Source: an uncultured Nitrososphaerota archaeon (GTDB taxonomy: Archaea > Thermoproteota > Nitrososphaeria > Nitrososphaerales > Gagatemarchaeaceae). From it: a stretch of DNA of 64,000 nucleotides. Shown here one piece after another: positions 46,077-55,937 of this stretch. Position numbers and translations under genes: made by a program. The stretch spans positions 1 to 64,000 of the forward strand of contig CAWISW010000001.1 in NCBI GenBank assembly GCA_963838925.1, given 5' to 3'. The notes below the pieces were generated by a model that was not told the DNA's origin, did no database searches, and was given only the letters and a program-made list of their open reading frames with translations. Every line of letters begins with the position of its first letter. Positions within the stretch are counted from its first letter, which is position 1.

Positions 46077-47804
46077 TTAGTAGCGCCTCTCGGCGGGCTG
46101 GTACCGCGTTATCCTGACGGGCGAATACCCTAGCTTCACGTGCCCGCCTTCGGTCTCTTCGGGCGAGAAGTGCGCCAGGCTGTGCTTCAGCCAGTTGACG
46201 TCGTCCCTCTTGGGGAAGTCCCTCCTCGCGTGCGCTCCTCTCGTCTCCTGCCTCGCGAACGCCGACCGCAGTATCGCCTCAGCCGCGAGCAGCATCGCCT
46301 CGACCTCGAGGACGTTCGTGAGGTTCGTGTTGTATCGCCTGCTCCTGTCGTCGCAGTGCAGGAAGTCCTTCTCCCTGAGGGCGGCTATCTCCTTGATGGC
46401 GCCCGCGATCCCGTCCCCGGTCCTGTAGACGAACGCCCCCCTGTCCATCGCCCTCTGGGCGGAGTCCCTGACGTCGTAGGGGTTCGTCCCGCCTCGCCCG
46501 TGGAATATCCCGTCGAAGACCCTCCTCTCTTCCTTGTCGACCGCCTCCTTGGGGACCGCTCCCGCGCCCCTGGCAGCTGCGTGCCGCGCGGCCGCCTCGC
46601 CGGTTATCCTCCCCCAGACGAGGCACTCCGCGGTCGAGTTGGCGCCCAGCCTGTTCGCGCCGTTGATGCTAACGCACGCAGCCTCGCCCGCGGCCCAGAG
46701 CCCCTTGACCCGCGTCGCGCCGTCGATGTCGACGTCGAGCCCGCCCATCATGTAGTGGCAGACCGGCCTCACCGGGAGCGGCTCCTCGACGGGGTCGATG
46801 CCCCTGAACTTCATCGCGATCTCCCTTATCCCGGCGAGCCTCTCCTTCACCTTCTCCGCGCCTATCCTTGTGAGGTCGAGCTGGACATAGTCGTACCCCG
46901 TCGTCTCGTCCTTGAAGCCCCTCCCCTGCTCGACCTCGGTCATTATCGCGCGCGAGACGACGTCTCGCGAAGCCAGCTCGAGCTTCTCCGGGGCGTACCT
47001 CCCCATGAACCTCTCCCCGTCCTTGTTCAGGAGCACCCCGCCGTCCGCCCTCGCGCCCTCGGTGATGAGTATCCCCGAGGGGATGAGCCCCGACGGGTGG
47101 AACTGGACGAACTCCATGTCCTTCAGGGGGACGCCCGCCCGGTACCCCATCGCGATGCCGTCGGGCGTCGAGCTGTGCCCGTAGGTCGCGAAGCTGAACA
47201 GCCTCCCCGCGCCCCCGGTCGCGATTATCCCTGCCTTCGCGGAGACGGCGAGCAGCTCGCCGGTCTTCATCTCTATCGCGGTGAGGCCCCTGAACTCCCC
47301 GTCCTCAACGAGCAGGGAGGTCGCGAACCACTCCTGGTAGAACGTGATGTTGGGGTGCTTGGTGCAGGTGTCGTAGAGCGTCTGCATCTCGTGGAACCCT
47401 ACCTTGTCCTCGGCGAAGGTCGCCCTCGGGTGGCTGTATCCGCCGAACCATCTCTGCGCGATCCTCCCGTCGTCCCTCCTCGACCACGGCATCCCCCAGT
47501 GCTCGAGCTGGTAGATCTCCGCGGGCATCATCTTGACGAACCGCTCTATCGCGTCCTGGTCGCCAAGGTAGTCTGAGCCCTTCACCGTGTCGAAGACGTG
47601 CGACTCGAACGAGTCGCCCAGCTCAGGGTAGAGCACCGCCGCCGTCCCGCCCTCGGCGCTGACCGAGTGGGACCGCATCGCCTGCAGCTTCGTGACCACT
47701 GCCACGTCGGCCTTCCCCGCGCTAGCGCGCGACGCCTCGATGGCCGCGCGCAGACCCGCGATACCGGAGCCGATGATCACAACGTCGTGGCCCGTGCGGT
47801 CCAG
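46077..47804 (-). CDS. sdhA: Succinate dehydrogenase flavoprotein (probable CTG start at 47804)
   Basis: HDVVIIGSGIAG, RSHSVSAEGG (FAD His), QFHP, HYMMGG, GANRLGANS. Confidence 0.97.
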   Translation of the reverse strand: MDRTGHDVVIIGSGIAGLRAAIEASRASAGKADVAVVTKLQAMRSHSVSAEGGTAAVLYPELGDSFESHVFDTVKGSDYLGDQDAIERFVKMMPAEIYQLEHWGMPWSRRDDGRIAQRWFGGYSHPRATFAEDKVGFHEMQTLYDTCTKHPNITFYQEWFATSLLVEDGEFRGLTAIEMKTGELLAVSAKAGIIATGGAGRLFSFATYGHSSTPDGIAMGYRAGVPLKDMEFVQFHPSGLIPSGILITEGARADGGVLLNKDGERFMGRYAPEKLELASRDVVSRAIMTEVEQGRGFKDETTGYDYVQLDLTRIGAEKVKERLAGIREIAMKFRGIDPVEEPLPVRPVCHYMMGGLDVDIDGATRVKGLWAAGEAACVSINGANRLGANSTAECLVWGRITGEAAARHAAARGAGAVPKEAVDKEERRVFDGIFHGRGGTNPYDVRDSAQRAMDRGAFVYRTGDGIAGAIKEIAALREKDFLHCDDRSRRYNTNLTNVLEVEAMLLAAEAILRSAFARQETRGAHARRDFPKRDDVNWLKHSLAHFSPEETEGGHVKLGYSPVRITRYQPAERRY

Positions 47805-47935
47805 CGCGCAATCCTCCTTCCGGATGCAGACCTCGCAAAGGCGTTAAACTTACTGTCAGGCCTGGGAAAACCGAAAACACATTGCATGGCGTCCGCTAAG
47901 AAAGCTGGTTACTACCACCCCATCGTTGAGTTAGC

Positions 47936-47942
47936 TTTATAT
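47936..47942 (+). promoter_or_regulatory. TATA box of the ribosomal protein operon
   Basis: TTTATAT upstream of rpl22. Confidence 0.5.
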
Positions 47943-47980
47943 CCACTACGCAAGCCGGTCGGAGATTACGGTACGCGCTA

Positions 47981-48445
47981 GTGCCTCACTTCGGATACAG
48001 TTTCGAGGGTTACGACCCCGCGGTTCACGTCAGGGCTAGCGGGAGAGAGGTCAACATCTCGCCCAAGGCGGCGCGAGAGATTTGCACCACGCTCAAAGGC
48101 ATGACACTCACAAAAGCGATCACACTCATGGAGACGGTAGAGGCGATGAAGGCACCCGTCGCATTCCGGCGCCACAAGCTGAAGGTCGGGCACAGGAGCG
48201 AGCTGGTCGGGTTCCCCACGGGCTCCTACCCGGTGAAGGCGGCCGGGAAGATCCTCATCGTCCTACAGAACCTCAGGGGGAACTGCGAGTTCAAGGGCTT
48301 AGACCCGGAGAGGGTGCGCCTCATCCATGCTTCCGCGAAGGCGGGCAGGTCGATAAAGGACTACGTCCCGAGGGCGCACGGTCGAAGCAGCCCGAACTTC
48401 CACCAGCTGGTGCACGTCGAGTTCGTGGCGAGGGAGGCTCAGTAG
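47981..48445 (+). CDS. rpl22: 50S ribosomal protein uL22
   Basis: ISPKAAREIC, YPVKAA, PRAHGR. Confidence 0.96.
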   Translation: MPHFGYSFEGYDPAVHVRASGREVNISPKAAREICTTLKGMTLTKAITLMETVEAMKAPVAFRRHKLKVGHRSELVGFPTGSYPVKAAGKILIVLQNLRGNCEFKGLDPERVRLIHASAKAGRSIKDYVPRAHGRSSPNFHQLVHVEFVAREAQ

Positions 48446-48451
48446 AGGGTC

Positions 48452-49390
48452 ATGTCTCAGGTCGAAAAGAGCGCCGTCAAGAGCATACTCTCGATGCACA
48501 GGACATACGCTGACCTCGACGAGTACCTTGAGGCCCAGTTGAAGGAGGCTGGCTACGCAGGCGTCGACGTCCAGAGGAATCCGGTGGGCACCAGGATCAC
48601 GGTGTTCGTCACGAGGCCCGGCCTCGCGATAGGGAGGCGCGGGACTGGGATCAAGGAGCTAACCGAGAGGGTCGCACAGAAGTTCAACCTCCCCAACCCG
48701 CAGATAGCGGTCTCAGAGGTGGACAGGCCGGAGCTCAATCCCCGGATAATGGCGCAGAGGACCGCGCAGATCGTCGCCCGGGGGACTGCGTTCAGGCGCG
48801 CGGCCAACTGGACGATGACCACCATCATGGAGGCGGGAGCGATGGGGTGCGAGATCGGGGTCGCAGGGAAGCTGAGGAGCGACCGCGCCCACAAGGAAAA
48901 GTACAGGATGGGGGTTGTCCCGAAGAGCGGAGAGACCGCCGACGAGATAGTCAGGTCGGCCACCACCGACGTTCTGCTAAAGCTAGGGTTATTCGGCATA
49001 AAGGTCAAGATCGCGATCGCCGACGCCATTCCGCCTCCGATAGAGTTCGCGGTGCCCAACGAGGAGGCGCCGCAGGCCCCCGAGGCTCCGGCGGCCGCAC
49101 CCGCTCCGGCTCCCGCTCCCCAGGCGCCCGCACCCAGGCCGGTCGCCGCTGAGCCGATGGTCGCGCCTGCCCCCACGGTAGTGGTCGAAGCTCCGGCTCC
49201 AGAGGCACCCGCGGCACCCTCCGCGCCGGCAGCGGAGGCAGAAGCGGTCCCCGCGAAGAAGGCGACCAGAGCGAAGCGCGCGACAAAGGCCAAGGCCGCG
49301 CCCACGGCCGGGACGAAGAAGAGGGCCACGAGGAAGAAGGCAGTGAAGGAGACCAAAGAGGAAGAACAAAATGCCAAGAGTGAAAGCTAA
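48452..49390 (+). CDS. rps3: 30S ribosomal protein uS3 with a long low-complexity C-terminal tail
   Basis: RPGLAIGRRG KH motif, GAMGCEI..GKL. Confidence 0.96.
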   Translation: MSQVEKSAVKSILSMHRTYADLDEYLEAQLKEAGYAGVDVQRNPVGTRITVFVTRPGLAIGRRGTGIKELTERVAQKFNLPNPQIAVSEVDRPELNPRIMAQRTAQIVARGTAFRRAANWTMTTIMEAGAMGCEIGVAGKLRSDRAHKEKYRMGVVPKSGETADEIVRSATTDVLLKLGLFGIKVKIAIADAIPPPIEFAVPNEEAPQAPEAPAAAPAPAPAPQAPAPRPVAAEPMVAPAPTVVVEAPAPEAPAAPSAPAAEAEAVPAKKATRAKRATKAKAAPTAGTKKRATRKKAVKETKEEEQNAKSES

Positions 49391-49577
49391 GTCGTTGAGA
49401 GAGCAGGAGCCCAATCAGCTCAAGGACAGGCTCTTTGAGCTGCGAGGGGAGCTCGCTAGGCTGAAGAGCCTCACCGCGAGGGGAATGATACAGAAGCAGA
49501 GCGGCGCCCAGAGGCGCGTGAAGCGGGACATCGCCAGGCTGCTGACCATCATGAAGGAGAAGGGTACCCGCGAATGA
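49371..49577 (+). CDS. rpl29: 50S ribosomal protein uL29
   Basis: ELRGEL...KRDIARLLTI; operon position. Confidence 0.93.
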   Translation: MPRVKAKSLREQEPNQLKDRLFELRGELARLKSLTARGMIQKQSGAQRRVKRDIARLLTIMKEKGTRE

Positions 49578-49840
49578 GCTTCATCATCGGTGAGGACGTC
49601 AGGATCGCAGCCGCGAGGGACACCGTCCTCCTCGGCTTGAAGGGGAAGGTCGTGCTCGAGACCATGCACACGCTGACGATCAGGACCGACGCGAAGCGGA
49701 AGCTCACCCTGCCAAAGGCTGGGAGCGCTCTTCAGCTCTCGGACGGCACCATCGTCATAGGGAACGACCTCGAAGGAAGGCTCGAGGACAGGATCGCGAT
49801 TAGCAAGAGACCAGGTCACGTCGGAGGGAGCAAGAGATGA
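49574..49840 (+). CDS. rnp1: RNase P protein subunit Rpp29/POP4
   Basis: IIG..V....[13 protein letters not shown]....LPK...G..LEGR.EDRI; conserved position between L29 and S17. Confidence 0.85.
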   Translation: MSFIIGEDVRIAAARDTVLLGLKGKVVLETMHTLTIRTDAKRKLTLPKAGSALQLSDGTIVIGNDLEGRLEDRIAISKRPGHVGGSKR

Positions 49841-50163
49841 GCTCCGCAGGCCTCGACATGGCGCCACCGAAGCGCGCCTGCGAAGACTCGCGCTGCCCGT
49901 TCCACGGCCATCTCAAGGTGCGCGGAAAGGTCCTGGTCGGGACGATCGTCTCTCTCTCAAACAAGCAGACGGTGGTCATCCAGAGGGAGCTGCTGCAGCG
50001 CGTCCCGAAGTACAACCGTTACGAGAGGAGGAGGAGCAAGGTCCACGCGCACCTCCCGCCCTGCGTGGAGGCAAAGGAGGGCGACATCGCGACCATCGCC
50101 GAGTGCAGGCCGCTCGCGAAGACCGTGTCTTTCGTCGTAGTCCAGACGAGGGGAGCTGACTAG
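49837..50163 (+). CDS. rps17: 30S ribosomal protein uS17
   Basis: [23 protein letters not shown]. Confidence 0.96.
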   Translation: MSSAGLDMAPPKRACEDSRCPFHGHLKVRGKVLVGTIVSLSNKQTVVIQRELLQRVPKYNRYERRRSKVHAHLPPCVEAKEGDIATIAECRPLAKTVSFVVVQTRGAD

Positions 50164-50165
50164 AG

Positions 50166-50600
50166 ATGTCCACGAAGTCCAGAGCGGTCTCTGCGAAGGG
50201 AGTCGAGGAGTTCAAGACGTACATCACCCGCTCCATACCACTCAACGCGGTCATCGTCTGCGCCGACAACACGGGCGCGAAGACCCTGAAGGTCATAATG
50301 GTCACGAGGGCCAAGACGAGGCTCGCCAGGTACCCGTCCGCCTCGGTCGGGGACCACATCCAGTGCACCGTCAAGAGGGGCCCACCCGACCTGAGGAACC
50401 AAGTCTGGGGCGCAGTGGTGATAAGGCAAAAGTACGCCGTCAGAAGGGTCAGCGGGCAGAGGATCTGCTTCGAGGACAACGCGGCGGTGCTCGTGACCCC
50501 AGAGGGCGAGATGAAGGGCACCGACATCAAGGGCCCGGTCGCCAGCGAAGCCGCGGAGAAGTGGCCTAGGATCGCCAACCTGGCGTCCGTGGTGGTATAG
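50166..50600 (+). CDS. rpl14: 50S ribosomal protein uL14
   Basis: CADNTGAK, FEDNAAV, KGPVA.EAAE.WPRIA. Confidence 0.97.
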   Translation: MSTKSRAVSAKGVEEFKTYITRSIPLNAVIVCADNTGAKTLKVIMVTRAKTRLARYPSASVGDHIQCTVKRGPPDLRNQVWGAVVIRQKYAVRRVSGQRICFEDNAAVLVTPEGEMKGTDIKGPVASEAAEKWPRIANLASVVV

Positions 50601-50622
50601 AAAAAGAGGGAATGATATAGAA

Positions 50623-50934
50623 ATGAAAAAGTTCGGCGCGTCCTTGTCAAAGGAACTCCGCGAGAAGCACCAGCTCAAGGCCGTCAGGCCAGTCAAGGGG
50701 GACGGAGTGAGGATAGTCAGAGGCGGCTTCAAGGGGATCGAGGGCAAGATCACTGGGCTCGACACGAAAATCGGGAAGCTGTACATCGAGGGGGTCACCC
50801 GCGAGAAGATCGCGGGAGGCAAGACGAGCCCCGTCCAGATTGACTCTTCGAAGGTCATCATCACCAGCCTGAACCTAGACGACAAGGTCAGGAGGCAGCA
50901 CATCGAGAGGCGGAGCAAGGGGGAGGCGAGCTAG
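50623..50934 (+). CDS. rpl24: 50S ribosomal protein uL24
   Basis: LSKELREK, KGD.V.IVRG.FKG KOW motif. Confidence 0.93.
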   Translation: MKKFGASLSKELREKHQLKAVRPVKGDGVRIVRGGFKGIEGKITGLDTKIGKLYIEGVTREKIAGGKTSPVQIDSSKVIITSLNLDDKVRRQHIERRSKGEAS

Positions 50935-50937
50935 GCG

Positions 50938-51663
50938 ATGGGCAAGAAGAGCGGAAGAGGCAAGATGAAGCGCATCTCTGCGCCTCGCAGCTGGGACATC
51001 GCCCGCAAGGAAGCCCGCTTCATCACCAAGCCCAGCCCCGGAGGCCACGCCGTCGACAAGAGCTACTCCCTGGCGGTCGTGCTGCGCGACCTCCTCGGCG
51101 TGGTCGCGACCCAAAAGGAGGTAATGCAGGTCCTGACCCGGAGAGAGGTGCTGGTTGACGGGGTCCCAAGGCAGGACCCTGGCTTCCCTGTCGGCCTCTT
51201 CGACGTGGTGAGCATCCCCAAGGAAGGCAAGTCGTTCAGGCTAGTTCCGTCCCCAGACGGCCTCGTCACGAGGGACATAGTCTCGACGGAGGCGGGAGTG
51301 AAGCTCTGCCGCGTAAAGTCCAAGGTCAAGATAGGCGGAGGGCACATCCAGTTCGGGTTCCATGACGGCCGCTCGCTGCTCGACGACAAGCTGTCCATCT
51401 CGTTAGGGGACTCCGTCGTCATGAGGGTCCCGACGCAGGCCATCGTGGACAGCGTCAAGCTCGCGAAGGGCGCGACAGGCCTGGTGGTCTCTGGCGAGAG
51501 GGCCGGGCAGGTAGGCAGGATAATCAGCGTAAAGAAGGGCACTAGCTCCCGCGAGAAGATGATTTCGGTCTCGCTCCCCACCGGGGAGACCGAGCTCCCG
51601 GAGAGGATGATCTTCGCAGTCGGGAACGAGAAGCCAGCCATGGAGGTCCAGGCCGCAAGTTGA
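50938..51663 (+). CDS. rps4e: 30S ribosomal protein eS4
   Basis: KRISAPRSW, FPVGLFDV, HDGRS. Confidence 0.96.
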   Translation: MGKKSGRGKMKRISAPRSWDIARKEARFITKPSPGGHAVDKSYSLAVVLRDLLGVVATQKEVMQVLTRREVLVDGVPRQDPGFPVGLFDVVSIPKEGKSFRLVPSPDGLVTRDIVSTEAGVKLCRVKSKVKIGGGHIQFGFHDGRSLLDDKLSISLGDSVVMRVPTQAIVDSVKLAKGATGLVVSGERAGQVGRIISVKKGTSSREKMISVSLPTGETELPERMIFAVGNEKPAMEVQAAS

Positions 51664-52199
51664 TGGCCAAGGCAGAGGTAAAGCAGGACGCCGGCGACAT
51701 GCGCAAGATCTCGATCGGGAAGGTCGTGATAAACATCGGAGTCGGCAAGTCGGGCGAGGCGGTCGAGCGGGCGAGGAAGGTCCTCGAGCAGATAACCGCG
51801 CAAAAGCCGGCCACCCGAAAGGCGAGGAAGTCGATACGCGACTTTGGGACCCATCAGGGAGAGCCCATCGGCCTCATCGTCACCACCAGGGGGCAGGAGA
51901 GGTGCAAGGAGCTCATAACGAGGCTTCTCGTCGCGAGGGAAAAGAAGCTCAACGGCTCCTCCTTCGACGACAGGGGCAGCGTCTCCTTCGGACTGAAGGA
52001 GCACATCGAGATTCCGGGGATCCGGTATGACCCCGAGATAGGCATCTGGGGGATGAACGTCTCCATACTCCTGCACAGGCCGGGCTTCAGGGTGTCGAGG
52101 AGGCACCTCAAGGCCGCCTCGATCGGGAAGAGCCACGTCGTCACGAGGGACGAAGCGATAGAGTACTTCAAGCGCGAATTCGAGGTAATCGTAGAGTGA
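51660..52199 (+). CDS. rpl5: 50S ribosomal protein uL5
   Basis: [29 protein letters not shown]. Confidence 0.97.
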   Translation: MMAKAEVKQDAGDMRKISIGKVVINIGVGKSGEAVERARKVLEQITAQKPATRKARKSIRDFGTHQGEPIGLIVTTRGQERCKELITRLLVAREKKLNGSSFDDRGSVSFGLKEHIEIPGIRYDPEIGIWGMNVSILLHRPGFRVSRRHLKAASIGKSHVVTRDEAIEYFKREFEVIVE

Positions 52200-52357
52200 A
52201 GGAGAGACACCCTAAGGTCAGGAAGTACGGCAAGTCCACCAGATACTGCCGAAGGTGCGGGCAGTACGGAGCGGTGATCCGGAGCTACGACCTGTTCCTC
52301 TGCAGGCAGTGTTTTAGAGAGGTCGCTGAGAAGCTCGGCTTCAGGAAGTACGACTGA
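52196..52357 (+). CDS. rps14: 30S ribosomal protein uS14 (zinc-binding; missing from the ORF track)
   Basis: Translated by hand: [53 protein letters not shown]; GTGA overlap with the rpl5 stop. Confidence 0.95.
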   Translation: MKERHPKVRKYGKSTRYCRRCGQYGAVIRSYDLFLCRQCFREVAEKLGFRKYD

Positions 52358-52374
52358 GAGAGTGAAATGAGAAA

Positions 52375-52767
52375 ATGCCAGTAACCAACATCCTCGCGAA
52401 CCTATTCATCTCCCTCCAGAACTCCGAGATGAGGCACAAGAAGGAGTGCGTCGTCATCCCGGCGTCCAACCTCGCCAGCGAGGTCATGCGCGTGCTTCAG
52501 AAGAGGCGGTACATCGGCGAGTTCGAGTTCATCGACGACGGCGTCAGCGGCAAGCTGCGCGTCCAGCTCCTCGGAAGGATAAACAAGTGCGGCGCCGTCT
52601 CGCCCCGCTTCCCGATCAAGGCGAAGGAGTACCAGAAGTGGGAGTCGAGATACCTGCCCGCGGTGGGCGTTGGGATGCTCGTCGTCTCGACGTCAAAGGG
52701 AGTGCTGTCACACACGGAAGCCCAGGAGCAGAACCTGGGCGGGAGACTACTCGGGTATGTCTACTAG
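52375..52767 (+). CDS. rps8: 30S ribosomal protein uS8
   Basis: YIGEFEFIDDG, GRINKCG..SPRF, GGRLLGYVY. Confidence 0.97.
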   Translation: MPVTNILANLFISLQNSEMRHKKECVVIPASNLASEVMRVLQKRRYIGEFEFIDDGVSGKLRVQLLGRINKCGAVSPRFPIKAKEYQKWESRYLPAVGVGMLVVSTSKGVLSHTEAQEQNLGGRLLGYVY

Positions 52768-53326
52768 CGTAGCGGCAAAGTCGGCCCAGAGGAAGGAGGG
52801 CGGGTCGCGGACCGTCGAGCTGCCCCAGGGGGTCACGGCGAGCGTGAAAGGCCGGGAGCTCTTCATGAAGGGCCCCAACGGGAGCGCGACCAAGGTCTTC
52901 CAGAGGATCCCCGTCGACGTCGAGGTCAAGGGCAACCAGGTCACGATCAAGCCCTTCACGGGCAAGAAGAAGGACGTCATCTCCGCCAACACGGTCTCCT
53001 CCATCGTCAGGGCGCTGGTGCACGGCGTCACGAAGGGCTACGAGTACAAGATGAAGGTGGTCTTCGCACACTTCCCGGTGACCGTGAAGATAAAGGACGA
53101 CACGGTCATGGTCGAGAACTTCATGGGCGAAAGGTCCCCCAGGCTCGCGAAGATACTCGCGGGCTGCAAGGTCACCACCGAGGGCGACGACATAATAATA
53201 AAGGGAGCCTCGCTCGAGCAGATAGGACAGACGGCCGCAAACGTAGAGCAGGCCACGAGGATAAAGAGGAAGGACCAGCGCATCTTCCTGGACGGGGTTT
53301 ACGTATACGAGAAGAAGAGGAATTGA
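52757..53326 (+). CDS. rpl6: 50S ribosomal protein uL6
   Basis: ATG at 52757; VFAHFP, NFMGE, KDQRIFLDGVY. Confidence 0.95.
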   Translation: MSTSVAAKSAQRKEGGSRTVELPQGVTASVKGRELFMKGPNGSATKVFQRIPVDVEVKGNQVTIKPFTGKKKDVISANTVSSIVRALVHGVTKGYEYKMKVVFAHFPVTVKIKDDTVMVENFMGERSPRLAKILAGCKVTTEGDDIIIKGASLEQIGQTAANVEQATRIKRKDQRIFLDGVYVYEKKRN

Positions 53327-53334
53327 TGTAATCG

Positions 53335-53778
53335 ATGGCAACAGCAAAGCAGGGAACAAAGGCCAGTTCGGCGAAGAAAGAGCTCCTCGAGCTCCTCGAG
53401 CTAAGGAAGAGCGTAGCGGAGCATAGGCCGAAGTTCGTCCGCCCTGAGAGCTGGAGGTACGTCAGGCTCCACCCTGAGTGGAGGAAGCCGAAGGGCCTTG
53501 ACAACAAGGTCCGCAAGTCCATCAAGGGCTGGCCCAGGCGGGTAAAGGTGGGCTACCGCGGCCCGGTGAAGGCGCGTGGCTACCACCCTAGCGGGAGCGT
53601 CGACGTCCTCGTCCACACCGTGGCGCAGCTCGACGACCTCATCCCCGAGAGGGACGCCGTGAGGATAGGCCGCGTCGTGGGCGCGAGGAAGCGGGCAGAG
53701 ATACTCAAGAGGGCCACCGAGCTGGGGCTCCGAGTGCTGAATCCGACGAGGTTGAGGAACATTGAATCTGAGAAGTAA
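53335..53778 (+). CDS. rpl32e: 50S ribosomal protein eL32
   Basis: WRKPKGLDNKVR, KVGYR.P...RG.HPSG. Confidence 0.96.
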   Translation: MATAKQGTKASSAKKELLELLELRKSVAEHRPKFVRPESWRYVRLHPEWRKPKGLDNKVRKSIKGWPRRVKVGYRGPVKARGYHPSGSVDVLVHTVAQLDDLIPERDAVRIGRVVGARKRAEILKRATELGLRVLNPTRLRNIESEK

Positions 53779-54196
53779 GAGACGCCTGGCGGCGGACGTC
53801 CTCGGAGTGGGCGAGGACCGCATCCGCTTCGACCCCGAAGCCGAGGACTTCATCCAGGACGCGATCACAAGGAGCACCATCCGGGGCCTCGTGGGCCTTG
53901 GCGCCATCAAGGTGGCGCCGGTCAAGGGCAACTCGAGGGGGCGCTTCCGGACCAAGCACAAGAAGGGCAAGATCAGGCACCAGGGCTCCCTCAAGGGCAA
54001 GAAGACCTCGCGCAACCCCAAGAAGCAGGCGTGGGTGCACAAGGTGAGGGCGCTCAGGTGGAGGCTCACCGTCGCCAGAGACAGGAACGAACTGACGAAG
54101 GAGAGCTACACGAAGCTCTACAGGCAGATAAAGGGAGGCCAGGTCAGGGACGTCAAGCGGCTCCTTGAGATGATCAAGGAGACGAGGGCAAAGTAG
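53762..54196 (+). CDS. rpl19e: 50S ribosomal protein eL19
   Basis: KRRLAADVLGVGEDRI, LYRQIKGG. Confidence 0.96.
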   Translation: MNLRSKRRLAADVLGVGEDRIRFDPEAEDFIQDAITRSTIRGLVGLGAIKVAPVKGNSRGRFRTKHKKGKIRHQGSLKGKKTSRNPKKQAWVHKVRALRWRLTVARDRNELTKESYTKLYRQIKGGQVRDVKRLLEMIKETRAK

Positions 54197-54209
54197 GTAG
54201 CGATACAAG

Positions 54210-54803
54210 ATGACGAGCACAAAGCAAAGTTACGTCCCGGTTTACCGGCGAAGGCGGATGGGAGCGACCGACTACCGAGCGCGCAAGAAGATAATCACCG
54301 CCTCGGTCCCGCTGCTCGCGGTGAGGATCTCATCGAAGAACGTCTCAGCCCAGTTCATCCGGCCCAAGACTCAGGGCGACGAGGTTCTCTCCTCGGCGCA
54401 CTCTAGGAACCTGAAGAAGCTCGGGTGGAAGGGCTCCACGAAGTCCATCCCCGCCTGCTACCTCCTCGGGCTGCTCGCCGGGAAGAGGGCCAAGGAGCGC
54501 GGCGTGGAGAAGGCATACCTCTACACCGGCCTTTCGCAGTTCGTCAACGGCTCCCGCGTCTCCGCCCTGGTGAAGGGCGTCAAGGACGCAGGCGTCGACA
54601 TCCCGATGTCCGACGAGGTCGCACCCTCGGAGGACAGGCTCTCGGGCAAGGCGGCCGCGGACTACGCCAAGTCGCTCCTCGCCGAGGACAAGGTGAAGTA
54701 CGCTAAGCTCTTCTCTGGGCTCATAAAGGCCGGCTTCAAGCCGGAGGAGTGCCAGGAGAGCGCAAAGGCGCTGAAGGCGGCGATACTGAAGGGAGCAAAG
54801 TGA
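54210..54803 (+). CDS. rpl18: 50S ribosomal protein uL18
   Basis: RRRRMGATDYRAR, PACYLLGLLAG. Confidence 0.95.
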   Translation: MTSTKQSYVPVYRRRRMGATDYRARKKIITASVPLLAVRISSKNVSAQFIRPKTQGDEVLSSAHSRNLKKLGWKGSTKSIPACYLLGLLAGKRAKERGVEKAYLYTGLSQFVNGSRVSALVKGVKDAGVDIPMSDEVAPSEDRLSGKAAADYAKSLLAEDKVKYAKLFSGLIKAGFKPEECQESAKALKAAILKGAK

Positions 54804-54810
54804 GATAGAG

Positions 54811-55446
54811 ATGTCACAAGGTAGAGGTTATCGCAGGCGCGAGGAAGAGAAGCAGATCCCCTGGGTGCCGCGCACCAAGCTCGGCACCATGGTGGCCGAG
54901 GGGAAGATCACGACCCTCGAGGAGATCTTCCAGCAGGGATGGAAGATCCGCGAGCCCGAGATGGTGAAGAAGCTGGTCCCCGACCTCTCCTCGGAGGTCG
55001 TCTACGTCGGGATCGTCCAGAAGCAGACCGACGCGGGCGAGCTGACGCGCTTCGGCGCGGTGGTCGCGGTCGGGAACGGCAACGGCTGGTTCGGCGTGGG
55101 CAAGGGCAAGGCCGCGCAGATGAAGTCGGCCATCGACAAGGCGACCAACGACGCGCTTCTCAACATAATCCCGGTCAAGCTGGGCTGCGGGAGCTGGGAG
55201 TGCAAGTGCGGCACGTCCCACTCGGTGCCCTACAGGATCACGGGCAAGGCCGGGAGCGTCACTGTGGAGCTCCTCCCAGGGCCGCGCTCCCTCGGAAGGG
55301 TCGCGGGCCCCGCCCTCACCAACCTCCTGGCGCTGGCAGGCGTGAAGGACGTCTGGGTCAGGACGTTCGGCTCGACGAACACGCTCTCGTCCCTGGCGAA
55401 CGCGGTCTACGACGCGTTCTCAAAGTCGCACGGGCTGAACGTATAG
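54811..55446 (+). CDS. rps5: 30S ribosomal protein uS5
   Basis: WVPRTKLG, QKQTDAG, GCGSWEC.CG..HS. Confidence 0.97.
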   Translation: MSQGRGYRRREEEKQIPWVPRTKLGTMVAEGKITTLEEIFQQGWKIREPEMVKKLVPDLSSEVVYVGIVQKQTDAGELTRFGAVVAVGNGNGWFGVGKGKAAQMKSAIDKATNDALLNIIPVKLGCGSWECKCGTSHSVPYRITGKAGSVTVELLPGPRSLGRVAGPALTNLLALAGVKDVWVRTFGSTNTLSSLANAVYDAFSKSHGLNV

Positions 55447-55465
55447 GAGAAATGGTGAAGAGACA

Positions 55466-55936
55466 ATGGGCAAACTACTCGTCGTGAACCTCCACGGCCT
55501 GATCAACGTCCCCAGCGGGACGAGGGCCACCCTCATCCAGCTCGGGATAGGGAAGCGCTTCGCCGCCGCGGTGGTGGGCGACGACCCGGTCTCGAAGGGG
55601 TCAGTGCACCTCTGCAAGGACTACGTCGCGTGGGCTCCCCTCGACTCCGAGCTCCTCACGGCTCTCCTCCAGGCGAGGGGGCGTGTGAGCAACTCCAAGG
55701 TGCTCGACGAGGAACAGTTGAAAGCCATGGGTTTCAAGACCTACGCCGACTTGGCCCAGGCCATAATGAAGGGAGAGGTGACGGACAGGCTCTCCTCCAT
55801 CAAGGGCCTGAAGCCCTACTTCGGGCTGTCGCCGCCGAGGGGAGGGTTCAAGCGCTCCTCCCGGAGGCAGTTCCGCGAGGGAGGGATACTCGGCGAAAAC
55901 CCCAAGCTCGCCGACATCGTGAGGAGGATGATCTGA
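55466..55936 (+). CDS. rpl30: 50S ribosomal protein uL30
   Basis: KDYVAW, KPYFGLSPPRGGFK. Confidence 0.93.
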   Translation: MGKLLVVNLHGLINVPSGTRATLIQLGIGKRFAAAVVGDDPVSKGSVHLCKDYVAWAPLDSELLTALLQARGRVSNSKVLDEEQLKAMGFKTYADLAQAIMKGEVTDRLSSIKGLKPYFGLSPPRGGFKRSSRRQFREGGILGENPKLADIVRRMI

Positions 55937-55937
55937 C

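Noticed and set aside
46140-47576. Long + strand ORF (478 aa) opposite sdhA, and similar long antisense ORFs (42735..43658, 51063..52136, 56898..58361, 48553..49377)
   Set aside because: These are shadow ORFs expected from GC-rich codon bias on the opposite strand of well-recognised genes; they show no motifs.
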